The position numbers and the translations under genes were made by a program. Shown here piece after piece: positions 1 through 11,633 of a stretch of 64,000 bases of DNA (positions are counted from its first letter, which is position 1; each line of letters starts with the position of its first letter). The stretch comes from Octopus sinensis (Eukaryota). The stretch lies in contig NC_043007.1 of NCBI RefSeq assembly GCF_006345805.1, positions 15,872,001 through 15,936,000 on the forward strand, in the 5' to 3' direction. The notes below the pieces were generated by a model, which worked only from the letters and a program-made list of their open reading frames with translations, had not been told where the DNA came from and searched no databases.

Positions 1-846
1 GTGTACCGCCGCATACTGGTGCACCGCCGCATACTGGTGTACCGCCGCGTACTGGTGTACCGCCGCATACTGGTGTACCGCCGCGTACTGGTGTACCGCC
101 GCATACTGGTGCACCGCCGCATACTGGTGTACCGCCGCGTACTGGTGCGCCGCCGCATACTGGTGTACCGCCGCGTACTGGTGCGCCGCCGCATACTGGT
201 GTACCGCCGCGTACTGGTGCGCCGCCGCGTACTGATGCGCCGCCGCGTACTGATGTGCCGCTGCATACTGGTGTACCGCCGCGTACTGGTGCGCCGCCGC
301 GTACTGGTTCGCCGCCGCATATTGATGTACCACCGCGTACTGGTGCGCCGCCGCATATTGATGTACCACCGCGTACTGGTACGCCGCCGCATACTGGTGT
401 ACCGCCGCGTACTGGTGCGCCACCGCGGACTGGTGCGCCGCCGCGTACTGGTGCGCCGCCGCGTACTGGTGCGCCGCCGCATACTGGTGCGCCGCCGCGT
501 TCTGGTGCGCCGCCGCATACTGGTGCGCCGCCGCATATTGATGTACCACCGCGTACTGGTGCGCCGCCGCATACTGGTGTACCGCCGCGTACTGGTGTAC
601 CGCCGCGTACTGGTGCGCCGCCGCATACTGGTATACCGCCGCGTACTGGTGCGCCGCCGCGTACTGATGCGCCGCCGCGTACTGATGTGCCGCTGCATAC
701 TGGTGTACCGCCGCGTACTGGTGCGCCGCCGCGTACTGGTTCGCCGCCGCATACTGGTGCGACGCCGCGTACTGGTGTGCCCCCGCGTACTGGTGCGCCG
801 CTGTGTACTGGTGCGCCGCCGCGTACTGGTGCGCCGCCGCATACTA
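1..846. repeat. GC-rich 18-bp minisatellite, 47 units, no indels, runs off the left edge
   Basis: Consensus GTGCGCCGCCGCGTACTG, in exact phase from 1 to 846. A variant block repeats at an offset of 432 bp (ATGTGCCGCTGCATACTG at 253 and 685). Confidence 0.97.
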
Positions 847-1056
847 GTGTGCTGTGAGATGTAGCAAAGAAGGTAGGAAAAAATTACGGTTTCTACTTTA
901 CGTACAACGCGAGCAATTTTGAGGGGAAGGCTAAGATGTCGCACTCGCGGTCGGAAAATCGTGGTTTCGAATCCTAAGCCAGGCGGTGCATTGTGTTCTA
1001 CCGCACAGTTTTTGTCTCCTAAATTCACTTACAACGCATTGTCCAGTCCAGCGCTA

Positions 1057-1905
1057 GGATCTTTTCGGTTTGAACGGCAGTGAGCTGGCAGAAATGTTAG
1101 CATGCCGGGCGAAATGCTTTGCGGTATTTCGGCTGCGTTACGTTGTGAGTTCAAATTCCGCCGAGGTCGACTTTGCCTTTCATCCTTTCGGGGTCGATAA
1201 ATTAAGTACCAGTTACGAACTGGGGTCGATGTAATCGACTTAATACCTATGTCTGTCCTTGTTTGTTGCCTCTGTGTTTAGCCCCTTGTGGGTAATAAAG
1301 AAATAGGTATTTCGGCTGCCGCTACTTTCTGAGTTCAAATTCCGCCGAGGTCGACTTTGTCTTTCATCCTTTCGGGGTCGATTAAATAAGTACTGGTTAC
1401 GCACTGGGGTCGATATAATCGACTTAATCCATTTGTCTGTCCTTGTTTGTCCTCTCTGCGTTTAGACCCTTGTGGGTAGTAAACTAATACGCTTGAACGG
1501 CAGTTTCTTAAAATAATTTCCACGTAACTAAACACTTTTAAACTTCGTATACTGGTAGAATTTGTTTATAAAACATCTTTTTCTCTTGTCTTTATTGAGA
1601 AAATTCTATAGTTTGTAAGATATTTGTTTTTGTTTTTCTTCATTTTCTGCAATTTCAACCAGTCAATGCCCTCTATTGAGGTGAAAACATTTTGTGCCGT
1701 ATGAATATGTCCTTCGTTCAAGAAACAGATTGGGTTTATTTACATTTCTGAAGAAAAAAAATACCCTTCCCCTCACCCCTAACCCTAAGTAACCCAAACC
1801 CTAAAACAGATTGAAATGCAATAGATCGATACTAGGGTCATAATTATAGGAGACAATTTCATATGACACCGCTAGAAAAAACTGCCGTTCAAACTGAAAA
1901 GATCC
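1057..1905. mobile_element. Non-autonomous DNA transposon (MITE-like) with 25-bp TIRs and 8-bp TSD, interrupted by a SINE
   Basis: Left TIR GGATCTTTTCGGTTTGAACGGCAGT (1057-1081) matches the reverse complement of ACTGCCGTTCAAACTGAAAAGATCC (1881-1905) with 1 mismatch. TSD CAGCGCTA at 1049-1056 and 1906-1913. Internal degenerate CCCTAA repeats at about 1770-1805. Confidence 0.85.
1082..1490 (+). mobile_element. Nin/Deu-domain-like SINE, internally dimeric, inserted in the MITE TIR
   Basis: Body GTTCAAATTCCGCCGAGGTCGACTTTGCCTTTCATCCTTTCGGGGTCGATAAATTAAGTACC occurs twice. TTGAACGGCAGT is duplicated on both sides (12-bp TSD). Confidence 0.88.
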
Positions 1906-2202
1906 CAGCGCTATACTACAAGACATTTGTTAAAGTTGCTGTGAGGCGGGACTGAATCCCAAACCACGTCATTGGAAAGTAAATTTTTAACTACACAGCC
2001 ATACCTGCTTCAGTAACATTTTAAACTTCAGGAACAAAATGTGACAAATACTTTTACTTACGCTAAAACACATTGTGTTTAAAATAGAAAATGTTGAAAA
2101 CCATTTTGTTAGATATACCGTATCTACGTATGCTTGCTTCTTTGAGTATTGCTAGCTTTGTACGTATATTTGAAACAATTATTGTCAATAATGTCAATAA
2201 GA

Positions 2203-2610
2203 TAGGCGTAGGAGTGGCTGTGTGGTAAGTAGCTTGCTTACAAGCTACTTACCACTTGTTCAGCCCCACTGCGGGGCACCTTGGGCAAGTGTCTTCTACT
2301 ATAGCCTCGGGCCGACCAAAGCCTTGTGAGTGGATTTGGTAGACGGAAACTGAAAGAAGCCCGTCGCATATATGTATATATGTTTGTGTGTGTATATGTT
2401 TGTGTGTCTATGCTTGCCCTCCCAACATCGTTTGATAACCGATGCTGGTGTGTTTACGTCCCCGTAACTTAGGGGTTCGGCAAAAGAGACCGATAGAATA
2501 AGTACTAGGCTTACAAAGAATAAGTCCTGGGATCGATATGCTCGACTAAAAGCGGTGCTCCAGCTTGGCCACAGTGAAATGACTGAAACAAGTAAAAGAG
2601 TAAAAGAGTA
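2203..2610 (+). mobile_element. CORE-like tRNA-head SINE (octopus OR-type)
   Basis: GGAGTGGCTGTGTGGTAAG head, CACCTTGGGCAAGTGTCTT core resembling the MIR core, internal (TA)(TG) tract, tail ending GACTGAAACAAGTAAAAGAG. The family recurs about 10 times in the window. Confidence 0.8.
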
Positions 2611-3349
2611 TATGTAATCAAAATTATGAAAATATTCTGGATTTATCTTCATTCAAATTCCACCGAAGTTGACTTTATCTTTCATCGTTTCAGGGTCGAT
2701 AAAATAAGTACGAGTTGAACATTGAGGTCAGTGTAATCAACTTACTCCTCTTCAGAAATTGCTAGCCTTGTGCCAAAATTTGAAACCAATATTTTACTAC
2801 CATCTAAAGAAGTAAATTCTAATTTTGATGCATTTAATTAAAAAAAAATGCCATCTTTGCTCAAAACCCCTTTCTACAGCTCTCACTCACCGAATCACTT
2901 TCTCCCAGTTTTCACTCTTCATCTTAAAACCTAGATTTACTTCTCTCTCACTTTCACCCGCTGGTGGAATTTGCATTGTCTTTCACTGTGTTTACATTTT
3001 AAAGCAATTATAATTATATCTTCAGATTATAGCAATTAAATTTTTATCTCCGGATAATAATTATAATTTCAATGTGAAATCAAAGTTATTTCACATTTGA
3101 CTTTTTCTATAATTTGCGGCGTTTCAAATTTACTTCATTACGATTTTCCTTTCCATTTACAGAAAGCTATTTCATTGTTAATTTATTTCAGATATCCCCA
3201 AGTTTTGATTCCCAAGCAGAAAATTTTCGATATAGGAAAAAAAAGTCGGTCGATTCCTTTGTGAATGCAGAGATATGCATTATTTAATAAATAACGAGAA
3301 TATTAAGTTCCCGGGATGGTGGGTGAAAAACCTTTGTTCTGCATTTTTC

Positions 3350-3614
3350 CCAAAATAATAATAATCCTTTTCTACTATGGATACAAGGCTTGAGATTTGG
3401 TGGTTGGGGTGTAGGGGTGGGGCTAGTCGATTACTCGGCTGGTTCTTATTTCATCGATCTCGAAAGGTTAAAAGACAGAGTCGAATTCGGCGGAATTTAA
3501 AGGACTTCAAGAGCTAAAAGAAATACCACTAAGCATTTTGTCCGACGCTCTAACGGTTCTGCTAGCTAACCGTCTTAATGATAATCCTTTTTTGCATAGA
3601 TACAAGTCTGAACT

Positions 3615-3670
<56 letters not shown>

Positions 3671-3850
3671 AATCGATTACTTCCATCCCCTGTGATCGAC
3701 TGGTACTCATTTTATTGACTCCGAAAGAATGAAAGGCAAAGTTGATTCTCAACAGCATTTAAACTCAGAACATAAATAACCAGAAGAAATTCCCGCTAGG
3801 CATTTTGTTCGACGCTCTGACGATACTGCATGTTCACTGCTTTAATACTA
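3350..3850 (-). mobile_element. Two degenerate Nin-like SINE copies flanking a (GA)n tract
   Basis: Reverse-complement matches to the Nin-like body (GAAAGGCAAAGTTGATTCTC, TTTAAACTCAGAAC). (GA)n at 3618-3668. Confidence 0.65.
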
Positions 3851-3860
3851 AAATATTAAT

Positions 3861-4230
3861 AAGGCGGCGAGCTGGCAGAAACGTTAGCACGTCGGGCGAA
3901 ATGCTTTGCGGTATTTCGTCTGCCGCTGCGTTCTGAGTTCAAATTCCGCCAAGGTCGACTTTGTCTTTCATACTTTGGTGGTCGATAAAGTAAGTACCAG
4001 TTACACACTGGGGTCGATATAATCAACGTAATCCGTTTGTCTGTCCTTGTTTGTCCTCTCTGTTTTTAGCCCCTTGTGGGTTGTAAAGAAATAGGTATTT
4101 CGTGTGTCTTTACGTTCTGAGTTCAAATTCCGCTGAGGTTGACTTTGTCCTTCATCCTTTCGGGGTCGATCTAAATCTAATCTAATAGCCCCCTCCCCAC
4201 AAAATTTCGGACCTTGTGCCAAAAGTAGAA
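3861..4230 (+). mobile_element. Nin-like SINE, monomer plus partial second unit
   Basis: Head AAGGCGGCGAGCTGGCAGAAACGTTAGCAC, internal junction AAAGAAATA-GGTATTTCG at 4094, TSD AATACTAAAATATTAAT on both sides. Confidence 0.88.
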
Positions 4231-4483
4231 AAGAATACTAAAATATTAATGAAATGGGTCACAGTCAGTTGAAACGCTTTTGAAAACGACGGGCATTTAT
4301 GAAAGCAGACAGCGCATCACTAAACACATGCAATATTATTTGAAATAGAAAATAATAATTTGAAATAGAAAATATTTTATGAAGTAATTTGAAAAAATTA
4401 TTAAATTTCATCAACATAGTCATTACCTTCACCTTGAATCTTACCTTTACCTTAATCCTAAACCCTAAACACTAACACTAACT

Positions 4484-4638
4484 CAGTACCGTCCTAAGGA
4501 AAGGGCACAGTGGACAGTTGACTTGAGCTCTACAGGCCTAGGGTCCTAATGCTAAACTATATATGTTGTTGTAATATGTGTACGGGGACACTGTGCTTTG
4601 CCTTGCACGGGGCCTATAGTTTTCTTAGAATGGCCCTG
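4484..4638. mobile_element. 155-bp hAT-like MITE
   Basis: Imperfect TIRs CAGTACCGTCCTAAGGA versus reverse complement CAGGGCCATTCTAAGAA (12/17). Flanking 8-mers CACTAACT and CACTAACC. It sits in degenerate CCCTAA-like repeats. Confidence 0.55.
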
Positions 4639-4671
4639 CACTAACCCTAACAGTTAATCCTAAAGCCCAAA

Positions 4672-5054
4672 GTGGAGGCGCAATGGCCCAGTGGTTAGGG
4701 CAGAGGACTCGCGGTCGTAGGATCGCGGTTTCGATTCCCAGACCGGGCGTTGTGAGTGTTTATTGAGCGAAAACACCTAAAGCTCCACGAGGCTCCGGCA
4801 GGGTATGGTGGTGATCCCTGCTGTACTCTTTCACCACAACTTTCTCTCACTCTTACTTTCTGTTTCTGTTGTACCTGTATTTCAAAGGGCCGGCCTTGTC
4901 ACTCTCTGTGTCACGCTGAATATCCCCGAGAACTACGTTAAGGGTACCCGTGTCTGTGGAGTGCTCAGCCACTTACACGTTAATTTCACGAGCAGCTGTT
5001 CCGTTGATCGGATCAACCGGAACCCTCGTCGTCGTAATCGACGGAGTGCTTCCA
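4672..5054 (+). mobile_element. tRNA-derived SINE family A, full length
   Basis: Head GGAGGCGCAATGGCCCAGTGGTTAGGG...GGTTTCGATTCCC with pol III A/B boxes, tail ending CGACGGAGTGCTTCCA. Near-identical copies occur throughout the window. Confidence 0.92.
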
Positions 5055-5554
5055 AAGCCAAAACTTTATTCTTTAGCCTTCGTCTCTCTGAAACAATGTT
5101 CCATCAAAACTTTTTCTTCTTCAGTTTTTGATTTTTCATAATGCAGTCTCAAAGAAATCGGACATATTTTCCATTGTAAAAATGTTCTGTCTCGGAATTT
5201 TAACACCGGGATGTCCTTTATTTTCAGCTTCCTTGTTGATGCTTAAAAGTTATTCCATTAATGCTTTCTTTTGCTTTCCGTATCTCGGTGACTTTACTAT
5301 TATTACTTACTTTACTTATATATTTATCTCAGGCTTTCTTATAAATGCTACAAAGTTAGTTCAATAATTTTTATTTCCTTGTTATATATGCTTTAAGAAA
5401 AAATAGTTGGGGGTCAGGTAAGGGATTTAATCTAAAATTATTTCCCTGTATTTTTTTTGTTTTTTTTTTATTTATATTTCGATCTATCTGTAAAAGTTAT
5501 TTTGATAAATTGAATTTTTCTGTTTTGTTCTTTGTTTCTCGTTTCCATCGTAGA

Positions 5555-5790
5555 CGCAGACATAGCTGTGTGGTAAAGAAACTCACTTTATAACCATGTG
5601 GTTTCGATTTGTCCCACTGCGCGGCACCTCGGACAAGTGTTTTCTACCATAGACTCAGGTTGACCAATGCCTTTTGAGTGGATTTGATAGAGGGAAACTG
5701 AGTGGAAGCCTGGCGAACGCACACATAACACCCACACACACATACACACACAAACATATATAAATATATATATATACATATGTGTGTGTG
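5555..5790 (+). mobile_element. CORE-like SINE, 5' part
   Basis: Matches the head and core of the copy at 2203-2610. Confidence 0.7.
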
Positions 5791-7315
5791 TGTGTGTATT
5801 AATATTAATATTAGAGAAGTGATTTCCGAGTCCACAGAGGAGAGAAGTTCAATTTAGTGGTACTGAACTGAATTACTCACTGTATTATATACATATATAT
5901 ATAATCTGCTTATAATTGAGTCTGCTTATAATTTGACTTTTAATTTCATAGAACTCACTCCTAATACTTCATGAGGATAGTCATACTCTCTAGGATGTCT
6001 GGAAAACATATATGTGATTTAGATGATGAATACTGGACATTTGTATTTGCTGCAATACTTGCAGCTTTAAATAAAATTGTTCTTGGTATGAAACAATTGT
6101 ACTAAACTACTATTCCATTCTTGTTGCTTTTTTTCTTGGTTATATATATATATATATATATTAATATTTAGCGGAAGTAAAAGAATGAGTCAAGGTCCGA
6201 GACTTTCGTGCATTGTGAGTGCATATGTGTGTTCGTTCCGCTCGCTACTTGACAACCGATGTTAATTTGCTTGCCTAGTAACTTTGTTGTCCGGCAAAAC
6301 AGACCGATAGAATTAGTCATATGTACTGCGATCAATGTTTTTTTTTGGGGGGGGGATGGGGTTACTTTTTGACTAAACTCTTCAAAGTATCCCAGCAAGG
6401 CCGCAGCTCAATGCCTGAAATAAGTAAAAGATTTCGTTCCCATCTTTCCAGGAAATGTTTAATATTGAAGACGACCAATGTATATTTTGCAATGATGGGA
6501 CTTTATCTACTCTATAGGACCACATACGATCTCTGAAATTGTAGATGGTTGACATGTAGACGAATGAGAATAAAAATGAAAAGGTGGAATTGCTTTGCTG
6601 GAAAACGAAACTGTTTGATGTGAATCGTATTAATTATAATTATTATATTATTGCTTTCAGTCGAATACTGTGGCATTGCTGCGGCACCACCGTTAAATCT
6701 GAATTTGGAATGTGAACTCTCGTAGTACTTTTAATACAAGTAAAACTCGTTAACTGAACCTGACGAAATTAAATTTAGAAAATTTCTGATAGAATTTAAA
6801 CTCCAGTAGCCATCACATCACAACGAAAGCCTAATTAGAGGAAAATTAATTTAAATCCACTGCATAATCATTTCTTGCTTCCAATGTGGCAGATGAATTT
6901 GTAGCAATTATTCTATTGAAGCATCAGGTGGTCAACTAAAGGGCAATATTCACAAAACAGATTGTCACTCCACGGGACCAATTCGTCTCGCTTGACTTAT
7001 TTGCCGCAAAATTATTAATCGTTTTCATTTTCTATGGTCGAAGTTCTGCGTGCGCGCGTGTGTGCATGTATATGTGTCTGTAGGTATGTATGTAGGTGTG
7101 TGTGTGTGTGCATGTGTGTGTGTTGAATTTTTTCCAACATTTGTTACTTTCCTAAAATTGAAATTCCGTTTGGTTAAATTGTGTTATTTGGATACATTAA
7201 TAATGAGATATGTGTAGCTGAATTAAGCTGCAAATCTGCTAAAATGCAACCGTAGATTACACTCACGCTAATTTAAGTGTATCTACCTCTACCCCCCCCC
7301 ACACACACACATTCT

Positions 7316-7409
7316 AGTATGTATGTATGTATGATTGTATGTATGTATGTATGTATGTATGTATGTACGTATGTATGTATGTATGTATGATTGTATGTAT
7401 GTATGTATG

Positions 7410-7440
<31 letters not shown>

Positions 7441-8345
7441 GTATGCATGTATGTATGCATGTATGTATGTATGTATGTATGATTGTATGTATGTATGTAT
7501 GTATGTATGTATGTATGTATGTATGTATGTATGTATGTATGTATGATTGTATGTATGTATGTATGTATGTATGTATGTATGTATGCATGCATGCATGTAT
7601 GTACGTATGTATGTATGTATGTATGATTGTATGTATGTATGTATGTATGTATGTATGTATGTATGTATGTATGTATGTGTATGTATGTATGTATGCATGT
7701 ATGTATGTATGTATGTATGTATCAATGTATGTATGTATGTATGTATGTATGTATGTATGTATCATGTATGTATGTATGTATGTATGTATGTATGTATGTA
7801 TGTATGTATGCATGCATGTATGTATGTATGTATGTATGTATGCATGCATGCATGTATGTATGTATGTATGTATGTATGTATGCATGCATGCATGTATGTA
7901 TGTATGTATGTATGTATGTATGTATGCATGCATGCATGCATGCATGTATGTATGTATGTATGTATGTATGTATGTATGCATGCATGCATGCATGCATGTA
8001 TGTATGTATGTATGCATGCATGTATGTATGCATGTATGTATGTATGTATGCATGCATGCATGTATGTATGTATGTATGTCTGTCTGTATGTATGTATGCA
8101 TGAATGCACGTATGTATGTATGTATGTATGTATGTATGTATGTATGCATGCATGCATGTATGTATGTATGTATGTACGCATGCATGCATGCATGCATGTA
8201 TGTATGTATGTATGTATGCATGCATGCATGTATGTATGTATGTATGCATGCATGTATTTATGTATGTATGTATGTATGTATGTATGTATGTATGTATGCA
8301 TGCATGCATGCATGCATGCATGTATGTATGTATGTATGTATGTAT
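7316..8345. repeat. About 1-kb (TATG)n microsatellite with TGCA and TGAT interruptions
   Basis: Read directly; it explains all MYVC/HTYI ORFs here. Confidence 0.98.
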
Positions 8346-8350
8346 AGATA

Positions 8351-8514
8351 GCCTTGTCACTCTCTGTGTCACGCTGAATATCCCCGAGAACTACGTTAAG
8401 GGTGCACGTGTCTGTGGAGTGCTCAGTCACTTACACGTTAATTTCACGAGCAGGCTGTTCCGTTAATCGGATCAACCGGAACCCTCATCGTCGTAACCGA
8501 CGGAGTGCTTCCAA
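8351..8514 (+). mobile_element. SINE family A, 3' half
   Basis: GCCTTGTCACTCTCTGTG...GGAGTGCTTCCA, as in 4672-5054. Confidence 0.9.
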
Positions 8515-8769
8515 GTGGATGGACGTAATCTTCAGGCAAATTCCGTGTGACACAACTTGTAATAAGACTGACATTTCGCGTAGCGTAGATGGCTGAGTAT
8601 TTCTCAGACTAGTTATTTAATGAAATCTTCGGGATGATTCAGCGTGATGTTGTGTGCATAACATACAGCCTTTTTTAATTACTTTCTGGTACATTTCATT
8701 TTATAAACTTCCTTACAGTTTCTCTCAGCCCAAATTTCATTCACAAGACGAGGGGTCAATGCAAAACTG

Positions 8770-8990
8770 TCTTGTTGTTGTTGTTGTTAAGCAACAAGAC
8801 GGGTAAGTGTGATTAGATGATTGTCTAGGGCTTAGGGGCGGGAGACCCCAGACCTTGGAAAAAAAACTTTGGTCGTCTTGTTGTAGTCGAGGGCTCTTCG
8901 TTGACGCTCGACACCATGGGAGGTGGCCCTCGAAGTCGCTGGAAATGGAGATCTCCAGGTCCAAAATCTTGGACGGCCAAGACCGTCTTG
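8770..8990 (-). mobile_element. 3' end of an unclassified non-LTR element with (AAC)n tail
   Basis: Shared with 30865-30990 (GTTAAGCAACAAGACGGGTAAG...CCAGACCTTGGAAAAAAA...GGTCGTCTTG). Both abut (GTT)n. Confidence 0.6.
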
Positions 8991-9743
8991 TAGATACTTG
9001 CCCAATGTACTGAGTGATTGGGAAACGATTTTCTGAACCACTCAGTACATATGTGCATAATTCACTTTTAAAACGAACCATATAATAGTCTATATGTTGT
9101 GTGTTCTATTATATTGAGTTCGACAGCGCTTACACAAATAAGCGCGATAGGAAATGTTGCGGGTGGAAGCGTGTATGTTTACCGCATCAAACATTTAAAA
9201 AATGTTTCATGTTTCAATAAGGAAAAGAAAACGGGTTAGTTAGAAGATTGGTCAATACTGCTCTGAAGAATAATTACTAAAAGTTTGATACAAGTCTCCG
9301 TTGGGAAATAGTTAAATGAAGCGGATCTACGGTCTGGCATCAAGTTCTATCAAAGGAATTATTACTCGATATTGAAGACTCTTTCCTCGCTGAGATATTT
9401 GTTTCGCACACCCCTACCCGATTTCAATAACATATTAAAAGTTTATTATATTTGTTGAATTTTATATCTTGGATATTATCCAAGCATTGTTCGAAGTTTA
9501 ACCACAAATTGATGTGTTGTTAAATCTATTGTAAATTCTTCTACGCTGCTCTTTATAATGGTGTCTAATAAAGGAAACATTAGTGTTATTGATGTGCATT
9601 GACAATCGTTAACGAGTCGAACCACAAAGATCTTGTGGTATTTAATTACGGACTTTTTAGTTCTGAGTTCAAGTCTCGCCGAGGTCAGTTTCACCTTTCA
9701 GTTTTCAGAGGTCGATAAAATAAAATATTAATCAAGAACTGTA

Positions 9744-10050
9744 GAGGCACAATGGCCCAGTGGTTAGGGCAGCGGACTCGCGGTCGGAAGATCGCGGTTT
9801 CGATTCCCAGACCGGGCGATGTGTGTGTTTATGAGCGAAACACCTAAGCTCCACGCGGCTCTGGCAGACGGTAATGGCGAACTTCTGCTGACCGTTTCGC
9901 CACAACTTTCTCTCACTCTTTCCTCCTACATCTTGCAGCTCACCTGTGAGGGGCCGGCGTCCCGTCCAGGTGGAGAACCTATACGCCAAGGAAACCGGGA
10001 AACCGGCCCTTATGAGCCAAGCGTGGCTCGAGAAGGAACAAACAACCAAA
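9744..10050 (+). mobile_element. tRNA-derived SINE, family-A head with tail B
   Basis: Same head as family A, but the 3' part is GGCCGGCGTCCCGTCCAGG...GTGGCTCGAGAAGGAAC. A second copy is at 39117-39403. Confidence 0.85.
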
Positions 10051-10656
10051 AACTAATACTGACTCATTCGATTATATCTTTTCTTCTTAAACGTGAAGTT
10101 TAGAGCCAATGTTAGTAATCCTTATTATTGATGAATTCAGTGAGGGCAATAGTCGGATAAATTTTTGAGACTTCGATTAACAATACTTGGGAAAATGACA
10201 AGATCAGTACAGCAGGAGACAAATTACATTGCATCGTATTTCATTGTGTGCAACAATCCGAGAGAGGGTCGATTAAATAGGTACTGTTACTTCCTTAAAA
10301 ACTTGTGGCTTTTACTGCTTGCATGGGTGCTGAGTGAGAAAGTATTATCGATAAGGAAGAAGTTAAGGTGACAGATAAAGTACCTCGTTACATTCTGAGG
10401 GCAAATCTCACAAGAATATTACCTTTCATCAGCCCAATATGTTCACAAAACATGTAAATACCAGTCATACATTAGTAGTTAACATATCGTTTGTGGCTCT
10501 GTAGTAAATTTAGAAGACCTAATGGTAGGGGAGTGGAGAGTAGAATCAATAAAACCTCGGATACAATACCTCACGTTCTTAATTCAAACATCGTCCAGGC
10601 CAAGTTTATTTTTCAGACTTTGAGGCTCGATAAATTAAAAAAAAATCAAATTAAGT

Positions 10657-11166
10657 GCTCGTGAAGCTTAGGTGTTTTTGCTCAATAAACACTCACAATG
10701 CCCGGTCTGGGAATCGAAACCGCCTTCTTACCACCGCGAGTCCGCTGCCCTAACCACTGGGCCATTGCGCCTCCACTGTTGTTGCTGTTGAGCGTTGAGC
10801 GTAGCGGTCTTCGTCCCTGTGGGAGAAATCCGAAACGTGGTCCTTTGCTATTCGTAAGACACGCAGAAGAGAAAGCAGGTCAACCCCCGACACCGAGAGC
10901 ATCGGCGGATGGATGAATGCGCATCCAGGCTCAGCGGTTGTAGGAAGTCGGGGATAAGAAATAGGAAGAAATATTGAGAGAAAGTTGTAGCGAAAGAGTA
11001 CAACAGGGGTCGCCACCACACCCCTGACGGAGCTTCGTGGAACTTTAGGTGTTTTTGCTCAATAAACACTCACAATGCCCGGTCTGGGAATCGAAACCGC
11101 ATTCTTATGACCGCGAGTCTGCTGCCCTAACCACTGAGCCATTGCGCCTCCACTGTTGTTGCTGTT
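10657..11166 (-). mobile_element. SINE with family-A head and tail C, followed by a second truncated head
   Basis: Head at 11151-11036, distinct tail at 11000-10790, second head at 10774-10657. ACTGTTGTTGCTGTT occurs at 10775-10789 and 11152-11166. Confidence 0.8.
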
Positions 11167-11250
11167 ACTTAGGCCTCTTCGAAATATTTGGTCAAATGTG
11201 TTTCAGCCGCGACATCTCTGTTTCTTTTTCTGTTATATATTTATTTATTA

Positions 11251-11633
11251 GGAGACGCAATGGCCCAGTGGTTAGGGCAGCGGACTCGCGGTCATAGGAT
11301 CGCGGTTTCGATTCCCAGACCGGGCGTTGTGAGTGTTTATTGAGCGAAAACACCTAAAGCTCTACGAGGCTCCGGCAGGGGATGGTGGTGATCCCTGCTG
11401 TACTCTTTCACCACAACTTTCTCTCACTCTTACTTCCTGTTTCTGTTGTACCTGTATTTCAAAGGGCCGGCCTTGTCACTCTCTGTGTCACGCTGAATAT
11501 CCCCGAGAACTACGTTAAGGGTGCACGTGTCTGTGGAGTGCTCAGCCGCTTACACGTTAATTTCACGAGCAGGCTGTTCCGTTGATTCGGATCAACCGGA
11601 ACCCTCGTCGTCGTAACCGACGGAGTGCTTCCA
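11251..11633 (+). mobile_element. SINE family A, full length
   Basis: Matches 4672-5054. Confidence 0.92.

Noticed and set aside
4674-4745. tRNA-like sequences at SINE heads
   Set aside because: They have A/B boxes but run directly into SINE bodies with TSDs, so they are not tRNA genes.
4756-5141. Recurrent 61-108 aa ORFs MFIERKHLK... and MVVIPAVLF...
   Set aside because: They lie inside SINE family A and recur with each copy; non-coding.
7273-8430. Long ORFs of MYVC/HTYI repeats (also 13400-14900, 16390-18000, 52678-53691)
   Set aside because: They are translations of (TATG)n; this tetranucleotide repeat lacks stops in most frames.
10805-10845. GGA-GAAA-TCC-GAAAC-GTG-GTC hammerhead-like half
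   Set aside because: No CUGANGA upstream and no stem I.
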